64,000 bases of DNA from Dehalococcoidia bacterium (GTDB lineage: Bacteria; Chloroflexota; Dehalococcoidia; Bin125): the NCBI GenBank assembly GCA_963663895.2, contig CAXXRD010000002.1, forward strand, positions 96,001 through 160,000. Reading direction: 5' to 3'. A model generated the notes under the pieces. It ran no database searches, had not been told where the DNA came from, and was given only the letters and a program-made list of their open reading frames with translations. Shown here one piece after another: positions 59,759 to 64,000 of the stretch; positions within the stretch are counted from its first letter, which is position 1; each line of letters starts with the position of its first letter. A program made the translations under genes and the position numbers.

Positions 59759-61102
59759 GTGAACAGCACCGAAATCGTGGTGGTGGGCGGCGGGCTGGCC
59801 GGCCTCACCGCAGCGCTGGATTTCGCGGAAGCAGGCCTCGCGACGACGCTCGTGGAAAAACGCCCGTTCGTCGGAGGCAAGACGTTCTCATTCAACAGCG
59901 ATGGCGTCGAGCTGGACAACGGCCAGCACGTCTACCTGCGCTGCTGTACCGCCTACCTCGCTCTGATCGAGCGGCTCGGGCTGGGCGACGCCGTGCACAC
60001 GCAGCCCCGCTTGCGGGTCCCCGTGCTCGATCCGGTGAGCGGGCGCACGGCGGCCATCGCGGCTGGGCCGCTGCCCGCTCCGTTGCACCTTGCAGCATCG
60101 ATCGTCCGCTACACCCACCTCTCCTGGCGCGAGAAGCTGCAGCTCGGGCGCGCCGTCATCCCGATGCTGCGATTGGACGCCGCCGATCGGCGGCGTCTCG
60201 ACGGAGAATCCTTCGGAGCTTGGCTGCGCGCGCGGGGACAGTCACAGCGCGCGATCGATCGCTTCTGGGACTTAATCATTCTCCCCACCTGCAACGACCG
60301 CTCGGAAAACGTCAGCGCGGGGCAAGCGATCATGGTGCTCCAGGTCGGTCTGCTGCGGGAGCGCCGCGCGGCCGATATCGGCTTCGCAAGGGTGGGGTTA
60401 TCGCAGATCGCAGATACGGCGCTGGCCCGATTTCAGCAGCAGGGGGGACAGGCGCTGCTGGGACGCGCGGTGCGCGGCGTGCAACGCGAAGGCGAGCGCA
60501 CCGCGGGCATCCGGTTCGCCGACGACACGGCGGTCAAGGCAGAGGCCGTGGTGCTAGCCCTGCCGCCCAATCACACACGGGCGCTGCTGCCAGACGCCTG
60601 GCGGGCCGATCCCGCATTTGCGTCGCTCGACGCGCTCTCGTACGCGCCGATTGTGAACGTGCACGTGCAGCTCGATCGCCCGGTGATGGAAGAGTGGTTC
60701 TGCGCCGTGCTGGATTCGGACGTGCAGTACGTCTTTAACCGCTCGCGCATCGCCGGGACGGACGGTAACGGGCAGTGGCTCACCTGCTCGATCAGCGGGG
60801 CGTTCCAAGCAAGCCGGCTTAAACAAGTAGATATCGCAACGAACGCGATCGCGGGGCTGCGCCGGGCGTTCCCGGCAGCGCGAGGAGCGGAAGTGCTGCG
60901 CTGGCGCGTGGTGAAAGAGCAAGAAGCGACTTTCCGGCCGCAACCGGGGATACACTCGCGACGACTGGGGGCGGAGACCCCCTACCCCAATCTGCTCTTG
61001 GCCGGCGCGTGGACCGATACGGAATGGCCGGCGACGATGGAGTCGGCGGTGCAGAGCGGCCACAACGCCGCACGGGCTTGGCTGACCAAACGCAAGGCCT
61101 AA
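59759..61102 (+). CDS. hpnE: Hydroxysqualene dehydroxylase HpnE
   Basis: GGGLAGL, DNGQHV, AGAWTDT.WPATMESAVQSG. Confidence 0.9.
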   Translation: MNSTEIVVVGGGLAGLTAALDFAEAGLATTLVEKRPFVGGKTFSFNSDGVELDNGQHVYLRCCTAYLALIERLGLGDAVHTQPRLRVPVLDPVSGRTAAIAAGPLPAPLHLAASIVRYTHLSWREKLQLGRAVIPMLRLDAADRRRLDGESFGAWLRARGQSQRAIDRFWDLIILPTCNDRSENVSAGQAIMVLQVGLLRERRAADIGFARVGLSQIADTALARFQQQGGQALLGRAVRGVQREGERTAGIRFADDTAVKAEAVVLALPPNHTRALLPDAWRADPAFASLDALSYAPIVNVHVQLDRPVMEEWFCAVLDSDVQYVFNRSRIAGTDGNGQWLTCSISGAFQASRLKQVDIATNAIAGLRRAFPAARGAEVLRWRVVKEQEATFRPQPGIHSRRLGAETPYPNLLLAGAWTDTEWPATMESAVQSGHNAARAWLTKRKA

Positions 61103-61614
61103 CGCAGGGCGCGCAGCCTACGCTCGGCGCGCAGAGCGTTGACCGTGCGCACAAGGGCGGGATTGGCCAGCAGGGCTTTGGAGAGCGCACCCGTGCTGAC
61201 GCCGAGGAGCGCAGCACTCTCGCTGACGGAGCAATCCATAGCAACGAAAAGGTCCAAGAGCTCCCGCACGGCAGGCCAATAGCTCGGGTTCCGCACGCCA
61301 ATCCCGCGCCCTCCCTCGGCCCGGACCAAGAGCAGGAGCAGCGGCGACGGTTGGTAGGTCTCAAGCGAATCCGGCGGACGGCGCACGTCGAGCGCGATCC
61401 GTGCCCGCAGACGCTTGAGCGCCAGCCGGCGGTTCAGGAATTGCGAGCGCCGCTCGTACGCCTGCGCGACGACGCCGGTGGATCGGTGCCGTATACGCAC
61501 TGCCGTATCGCGACGATTGCGATGCTGCCCCCCGGGTCCCGAGACGCGGAACGTCTCGACGGCGCACTGCGCCAGCAGGTCTCGGTCACTGAGGGCAAGA
61601 TAGTCGTCGGTCAC
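61099..61614 (-). CDS. Peptide-chain-release-factor-like protein (GGQ domain) with C-terminal HTH-like region
   Basis: SGPGGQHRN..AVRIRH..ERRSQ..NR; C-terminal SESAALLGVSTGALSKAL. Confidence 0.8.
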   Translation of the reverse strand: MTDDYLALSDRDLLAQCAVETFRVSGPGGQHRNRRDTAVRIRHRSTGVVAQAYERRSQFLNRRLALKRLRARIALDVRRPPDSLETYQPSPLLLLLVRAEGGRGIGVRNPSYWPAVRELLDLFVAMDCSVSESAALLGVSTGALSKALLANPALVRTVNALRAERRLRALR

Positions 61615-61704
61615 GTCTCATCATGCTCTGCCCGCTGGCGCCATCCCGGGGCTATCATGCCGCGGGTCACCGGCGATCGGGCGCACGAGCGGAGGGTACA
61701 GTCG

Positions 61705-62091
61705 ATGGACAGGCAGCACATTGCAGGCGAGTCACCGTTCGAATCGGTCTACGGATTTTCGCGGGCCGTGCGGGTGGGAAAGACGATCTATGTATCCGGG
61801 ACGGGCGCGATCGGCCGGGATGGCAAGGTCGCCCATCCCGGCGACGCCTACGCACAGACGATCGATGTCTTTCAAAAGATTGAGGCGGTGCTGAAGGAAG
61901 CAGGGGCATCGCTCGCCGATGTGGTGCGGACCCGTGTGTTCTGCAGCGAGATCCGCGATTTTGAGGCGATCACGAGAGCGCACGGAGAACTCTTCGGGGA
62001 GATCCGGCCCGCCGCCACGCTGGTGGAGGTGAGCGGGTTCGTGCTGCCGGAGATGCTGGTAGAGATCGAAGTCGATGCGGAGATCGGCTGA
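61705..62091 (+). CDS. RidA/YjgF family protein
   Basis: GFSRAVRVG, VVRTRVF, RPAATLVEV, LVEIEVDA. Confidence 0.9.
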   Translation: MDRQHIAGESPFESVYGFSRAVRVGKTIYVSGTGAIGRDGKVAHPGDAYAQTIDVFQKIEAVLKEAGASLADVVRTRVFCSEIRDFEAITRAHGELFGEIRPAATLVEVSGFVLPEMLVEIEVDAEIG

Positions 62092-62157
62092 TCAACGCCG
62101 CTGAACGATCGCTCGCGCACGCGGCGCGATATGCTGGCCGCAAGGAGATAGTCCATC

Positions 62158-62748
62158 ATGCTGCGGCATCACCGGGACCGATTCGAGGCCGAACGGCTCC
62201 GGCACGAACTGATGGGGATGGGTATCGGCCGGGAGTCGCCGCTCGCCCGGCTGACCCCGATGCGCGCTGTGGTGATCATGGCGGCGATCGTTGCGGTGCT
62301 CGCTCTGATCACGGTCATCACCGGCGGAAGCGGACTCTTCAGCGGCGACGCCTACGCGGACAACGTGCGAGCGCTGTCCGCAGAGTTACGAGCGAACGAT
62401 CTGGGGCTCCAACCCACGCGCGCCGCCTGCCTCGCAGGGACCGCTGGCAGCTGCGCCGATCACCAGCTGAACATGAACGGACAGGCGAGGCGCGTCGACA
62501 ACCAGATCGCCGCCCTCTTCGGCTTCGACTTGCCCAGGGAGGCAGCCAACCTCAACGCCGATTACATCCTCGCTCTGCAGACGCTAGAGGCCAGCTACCG
62601 CGCAGAAGCGCAGGCGCTGGAAAACGGCGATCGGGAGGAGTTTGCCGCCGCGGCCGCCGAGACGGCGGCGGCGCTGGAGCGAGAGGCCGCCTTGATCGAG
62701 CAGCTCAACCGGGACTTCCCGTCGGCGGCGCCGATCCCTGAGCCCTAG
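62158..62748 (+). CDS. Membrane-anchored helical hypothetical protein
   Basis: TM segment followed by CLAGTAGSC and an Ala/Glu-rich helical region; paralog of the next gene. Confidence 0.65.
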   Translation: MLRHHRDRFEAERLRHELMGMGIGRESPLARLTPMRAVVIMAAIVAVLALITVITGGSGLFSGDAYADNVRALSAELRANDLGLQPTRAACLAGTAGSCADHQLNMNGQARRVDNQIAALFGFDLPREAANLNADYILALQTLEASYRAEAQALENGDREEFAAAAAETAAALEREAALIEQLNRDFPSAAPIPEP

Positions 62749-62781
62749 CCCACGCCAGCAAGGCGAGCGGAGGGCAAGCGC

Positions 62782-63294
62782 ATGCTTGCAACGGATTGGC
62801 GCCCGCGCGCGGTGGTCATCACCGCGATCGCGGCCGTGGTGCTGGTTCTGGTCGTGCTCACGAACGGCAGCAGCTCCGTCGTTAACGTGGAGGCATTCGC
62901 GCAAGACGTGCAGCGGCTCACCACGGAAGCGAACGCCGATTTCGATCGGATCGCACCGGTGGCGATCGAACGCAGCTGCGCGGCGGGCGACGCCGGTGCC
63001 TGCGACCAGCACGCGGCGCACGCCGCAGCGGCCGCCGCCCGCATCGAGGATCTGTTTGCTGCGTTGGCGCAGTTGCCGCTGCCCGGCGAAGCGCGGGGCT
63101 GGGCCGATGACTACGTCGAGGCGCTGGCAGCGCTACGCGACGGCTGGCAAGCTCAGGCAGAGGCCTTGGCGGCGTCGGATAAGGCAGCGTTCGATACGGC
63201 GCGCGCGGCGACGATCGAAGCGCGCGCACGCGAGCAGCGTCTCCGGTTGCAGTTCGAACGAGACTACGCGGAAGTCCTCACCGCGCGTGCGTAA
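62782..63294 (+). CDS. Membrane-anchored helical hypothetical protein (paralog)
   Basis: TM segment followed by CAAGDAGAC; GGAGGG RBS. Confidence 0.65.
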   Translation: MLATDWRPRAVVITAIAAVVLVLVVLTNGSSSVVNVEAFAQDVQRLTTEANADFDRIAPVAIERSCAAGDAGACDQHAAHAAAAAARIEDLFAALAQLPLPGEARGWADDYVEALAALRDGWQAQAEALAASDKAAFDTARAATIEARAREQRLRLQFERDYAEVLTARA

Positions 63295-63446
63295 GATCAC
63301 AGCGCCCTATCCAGACCGCCCGGCCGATACCCTCGCAGGAACGCCGTCGCAGGCAGGGCAAATCGAGGCGGCGATTCGGGGCGGCGCCATCCTGCGATCG
63401 ATCGCGAACTGCAAGGGGCAGGCCAGCGCTGATTGCGTCCCCTGTC

Positions 63447-64000
63447 CTAGCGAAAAAGATCCAGCTCCGTCGCCCGGATCAGCCCGCGATGGTCGAACTC
63501 TTCGACCGCGATATCCAGACCGCGAAGAACGGCGGCAGGAATACGGTCGAGCTTGTTCATGACGAGTTCCGCTGCCGCCGCGATCTCGTCGGCGACGGCC
63601 AGCACGGTCACGCGGAGGTCGTAGCCCTCTGCATCGCGCTGGCCGACGTAGTCGCGCAAAGGATTCATGCCGCTGACGCCGATCGCCACATTGGTCAGGC
63701 CCTCGCGCCAGGGCCGACCGAAGGTGTCGCTGATAATGACAGCGACATCAGACTGACCGGCCGCGGCGAGACCGCGACGGATCTGAGCCGCCGAGGCGCT
63801 GGCGTCCACCGGAAGCAGCGTAACCGCGTCGCCGCCGCCGACGTTGGAGGCGTCGACGCCCGCGTTGGCGCAGACCCATCCTTGCTCCGTCTCCGAGAGA
63901 ATGAGGCCTCGCTCCATTCGGAGGATCCGCTTGCTCTCGCGCAACACCACTTCAACCTGGCGCGGGTCGCGGTCCCACTGCTCGCCAAAGGCCTGCGCCT
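63447..64000 (-). CDS. cofE: Coenzyme F420-0:L-glutamate ligase (5' end outside window)
   Basis: VCANAGVDASNV, SDTFGRPWREG, ADEIAAAAELV, DLFR. Confidence 0.92.
   Translation of the reverse strand, partial: AQAFGEQWDRDPRQVEVVLRESKRILRMERGLILSETEQGWVCANAGVDASNVGGGDAVTLLPVDASASAAQIRRGLAAAGQSDVAVIISDTFGRPWREGLTNVAIGVSGMNPLRDYVGQRDAEGYDLRVTVLAVADEIAAAAELVMNKLDRIPAAVLRGLDIAVEEFDHRGLIRATELDLFR

Noticed and set aside
1-64000. Numerous long overlapping or antisense ORFs (e.g. 2010-3215, 6368-7690, 16374-17876, 31397-33142, 42953-44761)
   Set aside because: Shadow frames of recognisable genes in high-GC DNA; Arg/Pro/Gly-rich with no motifs

Overview
GC-rich bacterial chromosome segment, most consistent with a Chloroflexota (Dehalococcoidia/SAR202-like) organism. 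That assignment is inferred from the short EF-Ts, nusA without rimP, and cofE. Left to right: (1) the right part of an integrated element (1-~6452) with a polyvalent metallopeptidase/Zn-finger protein, a Cre-like recombinase, a ColE2-type primase/Rep, AlpA and a P4-type integrase, ending at a tRNA-3'-like remnant; (2) miaB, nrtR, an inserted DNA MTase-HNH fusion, and nadABC preceded by two NrtR-type palindromes; (3) rpsB-tsf-pyrH-frr-uppS-cdsA-dxr-rseP, an inverted ispG, and proS; (4) a complete IS1595-family transposon (23-bp perfect TIRs, 8-bp TSD) with a KilA-N/BstA-like cargo gene; (5) nusA-ylxR-infB-rbfA-truB, a type II fatty-acid cluster, and a SUF Fe-S operon; (6) accessory genes, a hopanoid cluster (prenyltransferase-shc-hpnCDE) and a partial cofE. 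The most notable items are an RseP protease with an extra PDZ plus two LysM-like repeats, the IS1595 with candidate anti-phage cargo, and the MTase-HNH with an AT-rich swapped-looking specificity region. Six +1 insertions cluster at 8.8-14.1 kb and look like sequencing errors. No complete tRNA, rRNA or CRISPR array was seen.
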